Assembly (NCBI GenBank): GCA_051313645.2
Contig: JBNRSN020000005.1
Coordinates: 123,938,001-124,002,000 of the forward strand
Origin: Centroscyllium fabricii
Taxonomy: Eukaryota
Direction of reading: 5' to 3'
DNA: 64,000 nt
Below are positions 22,069 through 35,002 of this stretch, piece after piece; positions within the stretch are counted from its first letter, which is position 1, and every line of letters starts with the position of its first letter. The notes under the pieces were generated by a model. The model was given only the letters and a program-made list of their open reading frames with translations. It was not told where the DNA came from and ran no database searches. Position numbers and translations under genes: made by a program.

Positions 22069-25000
22069 AAGGGATTGCATTAGGGTGATTTCATTTCAAT
22101 ATTGAGAGAAGTCAAATTTGATAAATTCACAATGTACATGATGTAAATTAAAGAGGCTTTTTTGCATTGATATTGGTCTTCATATCTTAGTTATGTGAGG
22201 AAGATCCATGAGGTAATCGTGTTGGAAGCCATTCAGAAGGTGGGTGGAAGGAGTGGGTCAGATAGGAGATGGGACTCAGTGTGCTGGGGGGAGGGGAGGG
22301 TTTGTTTAAGAGAATCTCTCCTCAATAATTTGTCTGGCAGCTGCAGCACTGCCTTGGTCTTCCACATTATCCTCCTCTTCTTTGTCCCCTTTTTCATCAT
22401 TCTCCACCACCACTTCCTGCTGTGGCACCTGCAAGGCTTGGCCCCTCTGAACAGCATAGTTGTGTAGCATGCAGCAAGCCACTCGCTCTGGGCTATACTG
22501 CAAGACTCCACTGGATCGGACTGGAACCTTGGCTGAGGATGCCCATGAGAGCTCTGGTTTCTGCCAGTAAAGTGACAGGGTACAGCTTCAGCCAAGTCAG
22601 CTCTCATTTCTGGCAATGGCCAGGGATCGCCTAAGGAGCACCTTAACCAATATGGCAGCCACTGCATTTCATGCACATTTCGGTGTGTGACGTTGCACCA
22701 CAAAATTGGTAAGTGGAATGACAATGTCATGCCCGAAAGCTGGGCGAAACACAATTGAATTTCTATCCCATAGTCTATGATTTTATTATATTTGGATTTT
22801 TTTATACATTTGAAAATTGCAGCATTAATCTTGATCAATGAACATTCTGGTACATCAGTAACTAGGACCTACATGCAGCAGTGTTGGTAGTCAGAAGAGC
22901 AGGGCCCTAACACGGGTCCTTTCTGATGACATGCACTATAAAGGTATTTCAGTGTTTTGTTGCCTAGAGGGTAAAGTATGTACTTAAGTACTCGATCCAT
23001 TTAGACCACTTCTCAGTATGCTACAACATTCTAACCCAGTGTCTTTCTCCCTTTATTTACCACACAGATCTTTCCTAAAAATAATTACCACATTCTCATA
23101 AGCAGTAAACAATGACTGCACTTCAAAAATCAAAGAATTGTCTGAAAGAATAATCTTCTTCAAATGGCATTTGACCGGCAATTTGAAACACAATTAAGAC
23201 ATAATCTCATTATATTTACCCAGCTTCTTTAAAGACTCCCTATTACAGGATTACATACGATATATAACCAGGAATTCAATCATTTAAACAAATGAAACAA
23301 ATGGAGGGGAAAAGAGAGATGCATTTTCAAAAAATTCCAATTTATTTACATTTCCTTTTATTGTAATATCTTTAAGAAGTTGTGTGTTGAAGTTTTTGAC
23401 ATTTTTGGCCAATCTGTTGAGTCTGAAACTGCAGATGAGGCCAGTCCTCAACAGTCTGTCAAAACACACATGTTTTCATCAAACACTCCTTGCACAAAGT
23501 AAATGATGGAAAACGTCCAGAGGAAACTGCACTGAGGGATTAACCAGTAATGCAGCCACAGAATGGAAGCAGACCTGCTATTTTGCTATTTCCAGGTGTG
23601 GGAGTATCCCAGGAACCAACTGTGTCCAAATATTCAGCTCCATGGACAAAATGTACAGGCCCACTCAGGTAGGATTTTGTCATGTTCAAGTCTTTCCACT
23701 AGATACTGCTAGTGAGCTCTATAAATACTCTGGTGACCTCCAGTGGCTGAAAGGGGTGCACTGCAACTATGTAGGGCTGATATCTTCTGCTGACCTCATT
23801 TCACCAACAAGCAACATTTAAAAAAAAAAAGAGAAAAATCAACCGCTGGGATTTCACCCTCCAATATTTCATTCTTCCAAGTAGTTTTAACTTCCTGGAA
23901 GAGAAAACAATTGAGCTGCAGACTTGATTTTGATGTCATTGGTGCTCTATGCTTTGCTGGCAAGAAATGCTGTAGAGTTCATTTCCCAATAGCTTTGGGG
24001 TCTAGGATTGAATCCAGCGCAAACAAATGGGATGAAGGCCTCTCTTCTCTGATGCTTACTGAGGGTCCTAAGGGAATGTAAGGCAGGCATTTGGGTGCTG
24101 GGTAGTCCCAATTCAGTTTCCAAAGAAGATGGCGAATCTGGCCATGCACTTCACGCTTGGCAGAAATGAAAAGAAAAACAAAGCAATAACTATTTTGTTT
24201 TTAAGCTTTACGCTTGGTGATGGCTGCTTGTCCCAGGGCACTCTGGTGCAGTAACATACACAATAGCGTACTGGGATGCAGCCTGCACTCTCCTCCCCTC
24301 CCCTTGGCCATTCCCCACATGGTGATGTCTTGATCAGAAGTGCTCAGCCTTCCCAGAGGAAAGAAGTTGTGAAAAATAAAATACTTCAGTGAGGCAGGTT
24401 CTTCTCATGCTCCCAGTTTAAGTGCGGCAATGGAAGAAACCTGGGGACAAGACTCCGGAACACCCTCTCCGCTTCCGTGTGCGGCAAGAGAAGGCAGAGC
24501 TTAAGTTGGTAAAAGAGAGAGAGAAAATCTGCAGTTTATAAAGTGGTCTTGTAGGTGAAGATGGCCTATGCCACTTTTTTCTCGTCTTTATCTGAGATGT
24601 TCTACTACTTTGGTTTTCCCTCTTAGGCGTAACCAACAGGCAAAAGTGTCCACACTGTGATCGTGTGGGACTCGGGTTCCAGCTGCAATTCCAGGCCATT
24701 TCATCAGGTAAATGAGGCAAACATCTTAACCGCAGGATCACTGGAAAACCAAGGATATCCTTCCGATAAACCAAAAAATTCAATTCACAACCGTGATATG
24801 CTTAATGGCTTCTCGCTGGCTACATATGCAAGAAGAAATAAGCCTTAAAACCAAAATTACTGCACATTTATATCCTACCATGAGGATTTCTGTGAGTGTC
24901 TTCCTTCACTCCACACTGCTACCATGAGATTACATGCTACAGCCCGAGTGCTTTCTAGACCGATACAGCACTGATGCCATTACCATCTTTATGGGATCAG

Positions 25001-26574
25001 AGCCTATAGTAGGAGGCAGATGAATGTTGTTTTTAGTGGTGAGAAAGTTGCAATGGTTCAGATTCAAATGGCAATATTTTCTGTCTTATTACACAGGAAA
25101 ACATTGTAAACTAAAATGGGGTAGAGCTAGCTACATCCATGAATATAAATATACAGCAAATAGAATGTTGCAATTAAGTGGCATATTTTACAAGACAAAG
25201 GAAAGGATCAGAGTAGCGTGCAGAGCTTCAGATAAATATTAGTGATATGCATTGATGAACAATGTGATTAAGTGTGACTGTAATTTAAATGGCAAAAAGG
25301 CTTAATATGTAATCATCCAATTGACTAATTCACATGGGCAGTATGAATTTCATCTGCATGAATTTACTGAATTGAGAAGCTAGTGGGCTTACAAACACTG
25401 AATGTGACCTTCTTTCTCCTAGTCTTATTGTTGGGGTTAGATCAAGAGAACGATGGTGGTACAGTGTATTTACATTCAAAAGCAAGGCATAAAAAATATG
25501 GGCAATCAGCATAATCATAATTTCAATAAAAAACCATATCGGTGATTGAACAGAAACATCACAGCAATGAAAAACTGCTAAGAAACTAATTATTATTATT
25601 AGTAAGCTAGAAGTCTATGCTTTCTAATCACCAGAGTTTAATTTTTTCATGTCAAACACATTTAGCAGCATCTCCCTTGCAGTTCAGTGCCTGCAGTAAT
25701 GTATTTGTCTTTTTGTTCTGTGGAAACATTTATCGCAAGCTCTTAAAAATGTGCTGTCATAAAGCTACAAGGTCCAGCACCGCCAGCCTTTTGAAGCAGC
25801 CAAGTTTAAACTAGGAGATTTCCTTCACCTAATGCTGTATTTGTAGTTAAAGCGTGCAGCCAGAAACAGGCTAGTTTGGATCTACCACTTTGCTTCTTTC
25901 TTCTGTCAGGAGGGTGAGTCAGCCTAGGCCGCAGACCCCTATTACTACTGTCAGTGTCACTGCTGTGATTGACCTATGGAGGGAAAAGGGTGATTTACTT
26001 CAAAGCAGTCCTGACATTTTTCTCCCTAGCCCTGAGGTAATTCATTACACTTCTAAATCAGTTTCAAGGCACATTTCTATTTGAGCTTGGGCTCCAGGAG
26101 AGTAGAACCCGAGCAGAGAGCTACAACACCAAGTTTCCAGCTCAATTCAAGGCCATTTCACCAGGTAATAAGGCAAACATTTTAACTGCAATATCACTGG
26201 GAACCCATGGTTATCCACATGGTTATCCATCAAGTCAATCCAACAAGTCAACTTCCCAACCATCATGTTGTTAATGGCTACTCACTGGCTATGTATTCAA
26301 CAAGAAGAAATAAGCCTCAACACCAAAGTTACTGCACATTTATAAGATTTACCATCAAAGTGTTACATTACCCATCATGCTGGACTATTACCCATCATGC
26401 TGTACTATTAATACAATATCCATCTACGTCAGACGTTGAAATGTGTTAAATGCTACTTTCCCCTTTTTAGTGCCTTTGTGTGGTTTCTGGTCCTGTGGGA
26501 GAGTTAATAGAAAGTAGCACTTGTTTTCCAAGTCTCTGATCTCCGTCCCATGAAAGTTGGCCTCTGGGCACAAC

Positions 26575-26670
26575 TGCTTCATATTACACAAATGTTAACC
26601 CTTTCTCTCTCAACGGATGCTGCCTGGCCTGCTGAGTATTTCCAGCATTTTCTGTTGTTGCTTCATATTA
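26575..26670 (-). mobile_element. Penelope-like terminal fragment with 12-bp flanking duplication
   Basis: gatgctgcctggcctgctgagtatttccagcattttctg between two tgcttcatatta copies (26575-86, 26659-70). Confidence 0.7.
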
Positions 26671-27452
26671 TAGCTTGCCAGTGACAGCAAGGACTACCAC
26701 ATTCCTGTCGCTAATGGCACACTATCAGTATAACCATACCAAAGAAATAATATTTATCCTACACATAGCTCATCCTTAGTCCATTAATTAAGTGAACTAC
26801 TGTAATACAATTTAATTTCTGGCCAGCATATTATTATGGACCACAATAGCTCAAAAACCACTGACCCAAGTCAAACCAGACTGTGGAATGTTCCAGCACC
26901 TTCCATCTATGGATACCAGATTAGCAGAGGCAAATTGAAAAGCCTTTACCAACCTCCTGAAGAGTTTCAGAATCACATCATAGTCGCAAAAACAAGGAAG
27001 CCTCCATTTTAATTTCACTAATGCTCTTGTTTTATGGCTTAAAAGGGTTCCAAAGAAAGAACCCCCCCTCTCACTGCTGTAAGCCCCAATTTTACTCAGT
27101 TGCTCCAGCATCATCTGCTATTACACTCCTTGCCAGATCCCATCTGCATTTCATTCTGCAAACCAGCAGGAGAAAAGACAAACGTTTTTAAGTTAAAAAA
27201 AAATGTTCATTGGAAAGACTCTCAAAACCTGCCAGTGGCAGAACTCTGGGAAACACTTCTTTTTGCTCGTTGTTAGTTGTGTTGTGAAACACATAGCCCT
27301 ATTATTTAGAAATTATACCCACTTCTTTCTCGTTGTTGGAAACCTGGCATGACTAGCTGCTGAACGCGGTGGTATGATTGCATTTTATGCATTGTGTTTG
27401 TTCCCTCACACAACCACCCTGGTGTAAATCCCCAGTGAGAAATTAAAGACTA

Positions 27453-28313
27453 GGGGGGAGAAATTCAGTATCGCCCCCTTTGGGGCGCAATTATCAGCTG
27501 GGCGCAAAGTTTAGCACCTGCCGATAATTATCACCTCCGACTGCAAACTTGGCTTCTATCACCCCTGGAGGCGATTGGAGCAATCTCTTGAGGCGCTAAC
27601 GCCGAGGAGCGAGGCGCTACCTCAGAGCGCTGGCGAAGCTCGTGATGTCAGTCAGCAATCTAACACAGACACACCGGCACCGTCCAGCTCTTAAAGGGGA
27701 GGGTTGATCTTGCTCTCCATCCACACCCTGCTCATTGCAGCCTTGAATCTCGGCCTGGAGAGACAGGTACATCAAATCTGCTGGAAAGAACAATGGAGAG
27801 GCCCAGGGAAAGAGCTTAGAGTGCAGCCCCCATAGTCTCTTCTAAATCGATGCAAGATCAAATCAAAATGAACCTGCAAAGTGCTGCTCAGTACCCAAAA
27901 CTCCTCAACACAGCGTTGAAAAGCTCCAGAAGTGTGTGTCTCTCGCTTCCTCTCAGAATGCGTGGTGCAGAAATGTCGCCGACAAAAAAAGGCAGGAAGC
28001 GGTCACCTTTAAATTGCGCTCCCCCAGTCCCTTCCCGACTGCAAAACGCTCCCCTCAACCCGTCGTTGCTAGCGGCAGGCGGTAAGGCAGGTGGCGCCAC
28101 TCAATATCCGGTTCGGGGTGTTGCACGCGCGACTGACGTCATGATCTGCGGGCGCAGGAGATCGTGGCGGTAGTGTTTAGTGCCGCCACAAAATGTCTGG
28201 TCACTTTTGTGAGCGGTGCAAATATCGTCGCACCCGGGCGCTAGTTGCTTTGCGCCCCATTAACACCCTCTTAGGTGCTAACGGGAGGCACAAAACAACC
28301 GAAATTTCCCCCC
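27453..28313. mobile_element. PIF/Harbinger-like MITE
   Basis: TIRs ggggggagaaattc / gaaatttcccccc; CpG-rich subterminal gcgc repeats. Confidence 0.7.
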
Positions 28314-29149
28314 ATGGTCCAGTCCTAATTTTATGGGAAATGTCCACAATTCCTAGTAAGTACTTGATTCAAACAGAAGAATAAAGGAGTATAGAATCCA
28401 ACCTCCATGGGAGTAGCATCTCGCAGTTCCCATGATTAAAGGATGCAGTTGACTTTCATCTGCCCATTACAGTTAACCTCAGGTTTGCATGCCTTCTATA
28501 ACCACCAGTGAGTGTCCAAAGAAGGTTCTTGGCAATAATCTTCCTAATGGAGGCAATACAGAGCACAGCCCAGTCAATAATCCAGCGAATGCAGAGAAAG
28601 GGGCACGGCATTAAGGCTCCTTACCGTTAAGCACCTACTCTTCCATTAAACATGGTTCTGCCACTGTATTTTCTCACATCCATTTACTGCTAACGTAGTA
28701 TTAATAAATTGCTTTAAATTTATTCCGAACAGCTTTCGTAACAAGGACTTTGAAAACCCACTTCTTCCGGCCGGGCTCTCTCCTAAAAGAGAAAAAGAAT
28801 TCCTAGAATGCCAGGTGCCCATGAAGCAATTAGATTTTGCTGGAAGCCCACCTACTGAACTGTTTTAGAACACGGATACCTTTGGTTAAACCCTCTTGCA
28901 CTTTGAAGGTCGTCATAGTCTCTCCACGAAGTGGGAGTGGCTAGATCCCAGCAAAATCAGAATTATTTTCTAGCTTAATTTGAGCGCTATTCTTAAACTT
29001 GCTCATAATAAATTGTTAGTAGAGGAGGTGCTCCTCTCGATCACACATTCCGTCCATTTTCTTGTCTTCCCCCAAATTTCCTTCCTTTTCTCCTTCCTCT
29101 CCTTCAGGTGTGGATATATTGGTTCCATGGGTGCCGTCAAGCCTTCCTG

Positions 29150-29410
29150 CCCCACAGCCAAGGGGCCTTTCTCCATTCGTCACCCTAGAGATTGAGTGTT
29201 GGCAAGGCATTCAAGTGTGGGCAGCATCATAGCTGGACCGGATGTTGTCCTCATCCAATGCCCACACAAACTCATCCAATGCCCACACAAACACTCACTT
29301 TCCAGCAGAAGCAATGAGGCAGAAATGGTGACCAATTTTTCTCCACCCTAGCCCAAGGGCACGGAGGTCAACTGTAGCACTTCTCTTACCATCTTACCTG
29401 GTCAGGATCA
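29150..29410 (-). mobile_element. Old tRNA-derived SINE fragment, family of 8100-8600
   Basis: gtcctcatccaatgcccacaca..cactttccagcag..ccctagcccaagggcacggagg is the reverse complement of 8360-8450. Confidence 0.6.
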
Positions 29411-29607
29411 TCCAATAAGAAGTATTTTCAGAGGGCTCTTCAATACAAGTGCGAGAGCCATATGCAATTTGTGCTGGATCAAAGATTAACGCCACATCAG
29501 AAAGTCTTACACAGCAACCCATTAGCAAGGAGTTTTACAACAAGGTGCCAGGATGTGCAGTTCGCCAGCAGACAGAACATTTTTCTGAATCTAGAAAGCT
29601 AAACATG

Positions 29608-30250
29608 AGGTAGAGTTTCCGCTAGGTTGTGCTGATTTTACCAATGCAATTCGCCCGAAATCAGATTAAAAGATCGAGGAATTTCATGTGCAAGTTACGT
29701 CCAGTGCAAATCGAGTTTCCGCGATCTTTTGCGCTGGTCTAAAAAAAACGTGGTGGAAGCGGACCCCACCCACAAAAGTGGCCACGCCCCTCATCGAATT
29801 AATCACCATGACGAGTTTCCGCTAATTGCATCAGTTTCGGCCCTTCAAAGAGACTCTTCAAATTAAGCTGTTTTTTGGTGCAAGGACTAGTGTACACCAA
29901 TGAAAGTAGTAAATGGTTCTGTGTAGTTTTTTAAAGTAATTTTCAGTGATTTAAAAGGTGGTAAACTAGACACTCATTAAAAATGCTTACTTTGTGATAA
30001 ACCCAAATTCAGCTGTATTAATAAATCTGCTCCAGGTTACCACACTTAAATACATCAAGGAATATATTTTAATGCGCGGGGGGGATGGAGGGGGAGGGGA
30101 AGCAATTAATTTCTAAAACACTGCCTGATTGCGCTGGTTCATGGAAAATTTTATGTTTGTGATTCTGCAAATGAGTTTGAGCGGAAACGTGAACCATAAC
30201 TTCGCTTCGGAAAGCCAGCGCAATTTCAAACGCAATTTGTGCCCAGATTG
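29608..30250. mobile_element. Probable MITE (Harbinger-like)
   Basis: Recurrent gagtttccgc at the left and gcggaaac at the right with AT-rich core; right edge uncertain. Confidence 0.5.
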
Positions 30251-31603
30251 CTGACACAGAAGTCCAATTTCCTTTCTTGGGAGTTGAAAAGAAAAACGGA
30301 GGAGGAGGGAGCAGCCCGAGTCACAGAGTTCTCCCCAGCGAGCGTCCGTGCTGCTTTGTGATCACCCACACGGTCTGCAAGTTCTGCTATCCAAGTCAGA
30401 CAAGGTCAGCTATGGCCATCTTATTGAGAATCGGAGGTTTAATCCACTTGAGTTACCAGTCCTGCACACTCTGAAAATAGCACTGGCTGACTTGGAGGGC
30501 ACTTCTGAAGGTCTGTCCCTGTGATGTCATCATCAAGTATACGATGACATTGCCAAGTGCCTTGGATAGATGGCTCGTACACTTTGACACTATTAGATTT
30601 ACTTTCCTCTGTGCACTATTTTTAGCACACTGGTTAGCATATTTGCATTAAATTCTTGTCCGCACTATTTTACTGCAGTCATTTAAAACAAATGAATTAA
30701 AATGGCGCCAAAAGATACAAGCTCCAACATATAAAAATCACAGCACTGCTGCAAAGATAGCTGGGGAACAAGTAGTGGTGCTACAGATTAGATCGTGAAT
30801 TTTTACTGGGGGTTCACTCTTCTACTTATTCCAGCTCAAGCTGTTCCAGGAATTACACTACCCACGTAACACACAAAAAGACGGCAAAAATGGCCCTGCT
30901 TTCTCAGAGTTGCCTCAGACAATTCGGACTTGTCCATAAACAATTCAGTATTTCTAAGTGTATGAATCAATAAACTGAAAAAATGACCAGCAAACACCAG
31001 TTAAGGAGGGGTCAGACTTTCACTTTTTATATGGCAAGCTCAAAAAAAGCACACCAGTATCAGATGTCTTTTAGGTGATGACACCTTACCCTTAAATGAA
31101 GCCTCTCCACCCGGCTATACCTTCCACCACTTGCCCCGCTCATGGCGACGGTGTGGCTCTCATCACCAAATCACACCATGGTCTGCTCCCCTACTCCTCC
31201 GGCACTTTCTCCTCCTTTGAACAGCTCACTTTATTCCACCCCTCTCACCTCTCATTTAAAATTCTCGTTCTCTACCACCCACCAAGTACCATAAAAACGT
31301 TATTACCGAGACATCTTCACTGCATTCCTCACTCAGCCTCTGCACTGAGCGACTTCTCATCCTCGGTGATTTCAACCTCCATCTCAATTCATCATACTCT
31401 CTCTCCTCTTCACTAGCCTATCCTGCCTTAATCTCTCGCTCCATGTAAACTCCCCAACCCATATTCACGGCCACCCCCTCGACCTTGCCATCTCTCATGG
31501 CCTCGCTACTCCCATCGTGTCAATCGCAGATAAGGCCATCTCTGACCATATTTTCGTATCGCTCCCCACCCACATCCCCCTTCCACCCCCAACTCCTACC
31601 CAC

Positions 31604-31880
31604 TGTAATGAAATCGGTTGTCTGTATGTATTCGTTGGCACTCATGTATATTACCCTCCCCCACTGTGTATAGTTTCACTTCCTGTTTCCTGACTAAACC
31701 TGGGAGATTCCAGAAATTGGCTTTCGCTCCGCCCCTGGCTCATCTTACATAAAGATCCAGGATCTGTATAACTCATTTCTGTGAGGCAGCCGTCAAGATG
31801 TGAGCTTTGATTCTTAGTGATTAAAAGCCTTTCTGTTTAAGTCTATAACTTCTAGTTTTGTAGTTATTGAAGGAACATCA
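31604..31880 (+). repeat. 5' LTR (277 bp) of the Gypsy element
   Basis: tgtaatg..acatca; ATTAAA at 31820-25; last 117 bp repeated at 34876-34992. Confidence 0.9.
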
Positions 31881-34875
31881 ATTTTAATCATGAAAATACT
31901 AGGATGGATCGACTCCTAAACCCAGAGCGTCTGGAATTGGATCCACATTCTGCTGAAGCATCAAATCAATTTGGACACTGGCTCAGATGCTTCGAACTCT
32001 ACACGGAGGCCGCATCCATTAGCGAGGCAGAGAAACGGAGTCTACTGACTACTCGCGTAAGTCATCGGACATATTCATTCTTCCGGGACGCTGCCTCTTA
32101 CACGGAGGCCATCGCTAGCCTGAAGGCCCAATACCAGAGGCCGGTAAATGAAGTGTACGCCAGACATCTGCTAGCAACACACAGGCAGCGACCAGAGGAA
32201 TCAACGGACGACTTTCTACAGGTCCTAAAGGACCGGGTCCGGGACTGTAACTGCAAGGATGTGACGGCCAACGTGTACTGTGATGAATTGGTCCGCTATT
32301 CCTTCCCCGCAGGCCTCAAATCGAATTATATCCGGCAGAGACTGCTGGAGCAGGAGGCCCTGGACTTAAAAGGGGCAGTGGCCACTGCGCGATCGCTGGA
32401 CGTGGCCCAGTGACTCCTATTCTTCTGGCCAGGCGGCCCTCACCGCCTCGTGCGCGCTGAGCGGGCCGCCATCTTGGAATCAGCCACCTTCCCCACCCAA
32501 GTCTCAGGCCAGCTCTACACCGCCGGAGTCCCCACGCAGAAACCTACCCAGGAGTCCTACTACAGCAGCAATGTCTCGAGGCCCAAAATGCTATTTCTGC
32601 GGCCAGGCCAAGCATCCCAGACAACGTTGCCCAGCGAAGGATGCCACATGCTTCAGAAAAAGGGGCATTTTAGCAAAGTCTGCAGGGGGAATCAGATTTC
32701 CGACTCCGTCACCACCTGGTGCGTGCTGTGCGGGCCGCCATCTTGTAATCGGCTATCTTGTCTCGACTCAACGGCCGCCCAGGGCCCAACAGTGGCTTCA
32801 ATCACGGTGGATCAATCCAGGCCACACCTGTTGACAAAATCCATGATGGACATACAGGTAAATGGGAACTTAACGAAATGTTTATATAACTGTGGGAGTA
32901 CGGAGAGCTTCATCCACCCGAGCCTGGTACGGCACCACTCATTAACGGTAACCCCCACACGGAGCAAAGTTGCTATGGCTGCTAAGCCCCACACTTCGGA
33001 CATTTCGGGCGACTGCGTGGTAACTCTGACTGTAAAAGGCACGGTCTACAAGGATTTTAAACTCCTCGTGATGCCAGAACTGTGTTCATGTAATCTTGGG
33101 CCTGGACTTCCAGTGCCATCACGAAGGTGTCACGCTAGCATATGGCGGGTCCCAGCCGCCACTCACAGTCTGTGGCCTATCAACCTTAAAAATCAGCCCG
33201 CCCTCTATTCGCAAATCTCGCCCCAAACTGTAGGCCCATAGCGACCAAAAGTAGACGGTACAGCCTGGAAGACAGACACTTCATCAAGGCGGACATGGAC
33301 AGACTCCTGCGGGAAGGCATTATTGAATGCAGGCCCAAGTAGTCATAGTCAAAAATAGCGAAAAGAAACGGATGGTAATCGACCACAGCCAGACTGTCAA
33401 TATTTATACCCAGCTGGACGCCTACCCTTTACCCCGCATATCAGAAATGGTCAACCAGATTGCACAATACCGAGTCTTCTCGACTATCGACCTCAAATCC
33501 GCGTATCACCAGCTCCCCATTAGAACGGAAGACCGCTCATACACCGCCTTCGAGGCGAACGGGCGTCTCTACCATTTTCTCAGCGTGCCCTTCGGGGTAA
33601 CAAACAGGGTCTCGGTTTTCCAACGCGAGATGGACCGCATGGTTGACGAGAATAAACTACAAGCTACCTACCCCTATCTGGACAATGTCGCTATCTGCGG
33701 GCACGACCAGCGAGACCACGATCTAAATCTTGCGATTTTAAAAAACTGCCCTAAAGCTAAATCTAACCTACAACGAGGACAAATGTGTCTTCAGCACAAC
33801 CCGTCTCTGTATCCTCGGCTGCGTGGTGGAAAATGGGGTAATTGGACCGGACCCTAACCGATTACGCCCCCTAAAGGAACTGCCCCGGCCACACAATCCC
33901 AAAGCCTTAAAAAGGTGCCTGGGATTTTTTCCGTATTATACTCAATGGGTGCCCAATTACTCCGATAAGGCCCGACCCCTCATTGTCAGCTGAAGCTCGG
34001 GCGGCCTTCACCAGTATTAAACAGGATATTGAAATGGCTGCAATGTGTGCAGTGGACGAAAGCATCCCCTTCCAAGTCGAAAGCGATGCGTCAGACTTCG
34101 CCTTAGCCGTGACCCTCAATCAGGCTGGAAGACCTGTGGCCGCCTTCTCCCGAACCCTTCAGGGACCTGAAATCAGGCACTCTTCTGTCGAGAAGGAGGC
34201 ACAGGCTATAGTGGAGGCAGTGCGGCACTGGAGATACTACCTAGCTGGTAAACGTTTCACCCTGCTTACCGACCAGCGGTCGGTGGCTTTCATGTTTAAT
34301 AACAAAGGAGGAAAATCAAGAATGACAAAATAATCAGGTGGAGGATCGAACTATCCACGTTCGACTATATCATCATGTACAGGCCGGAAGCCCTTAATGA
34401 ACCCCCAGACGCCCTATCGCGGGGAATGTGTTCCAGCATTCACACGGACAAATTACAAGGCCTCCACGATGACCTCTGTCACCCAGGGGTCACCCGATTA
34501 TTCCATTTTATAAAGTCCCGCAATCTGCCCCAGTCCATCGAGGAGGTCAGAGCAATGACCACAGCCTGCCGCATCTGTGCGGAATGCAAGCCTCGTTTCG
34601 ACAGGCCTGACCGTGCACACGTTATCAAAGCCACACGGCCATTCGAGTGCCTAAGTATGGACTTCAATGGGCCCCTTCCCTCTGCCGACCGTAACGTATA
34701 CTTCCTCAATATCATTGATAAATATTCTCGCTTCCCCTTTGCCATTCCCTGCCCAGACATGACCAGTGCCATGGTCATCAAGTGTCTCGGTAATCTATTC
34801 TGCATGTTTGGGATGCTGAACTACATACACAGCGATAGGGGGACGTCCTTCATGACTGACGAGCTGCGCCAGTAC

Positions 34876-34992
34876 CTGTATAACTCATTCCTGTGAGGCA
34901 GCCGTCGAGATGTGAGCTCTAATTCTTAGTGATTAAAAGCCTCTCTGTTTAAGTCTATAACTTCTAGTTTTGTAGTTATTGAAGGCACATCA
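34876..34992 (+). repeat. Truncated 3' LTR of the Gypsy element
   Basis: Matches 31764-31880 with 6 substitutions in 117 bp; fused directly to integrase codons. Confidence 0.9.
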
Positions 34993-35002
34993 CCCACCAA
35001 AC

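Larger units (their letters stand above)
19758..22769. mobile_element. Decayed PIF/Harbinger transposon (Myb/SANT gene on +, DDE transposase remnant on -)
   Basis: Ends ggggataaaattc / gaatttctatccc; + strand 20000-20245 WKKWAQVAE..QCRK*FNDL then gtaag donor; - strand 22306-22503 LQYSPERVACCMLHN (HARBI1-type C-terminus). Confidence 0.75.
31604..34992 (+). mobile_element. Ty3/Gypsy LTR retrotransposon, degenerate, 3' internal deletion
   Basis: TG..CA ends, 5-bp TSD CCCAC (31599-603, 34993-97); gag (31904), CCHC knuckle CYFCGQAKH, protease, RT (IDLKSAYHQ, YLDN), RNase H (SDAS), integrase (HPG..C..C, HSDRG) in Gypsy order. Confidence 0.95.

Noticed and set aside
30277-30480. Possible minus-strand exon after ttttcag
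   Set aside because: In-frame TAA in the required phase.
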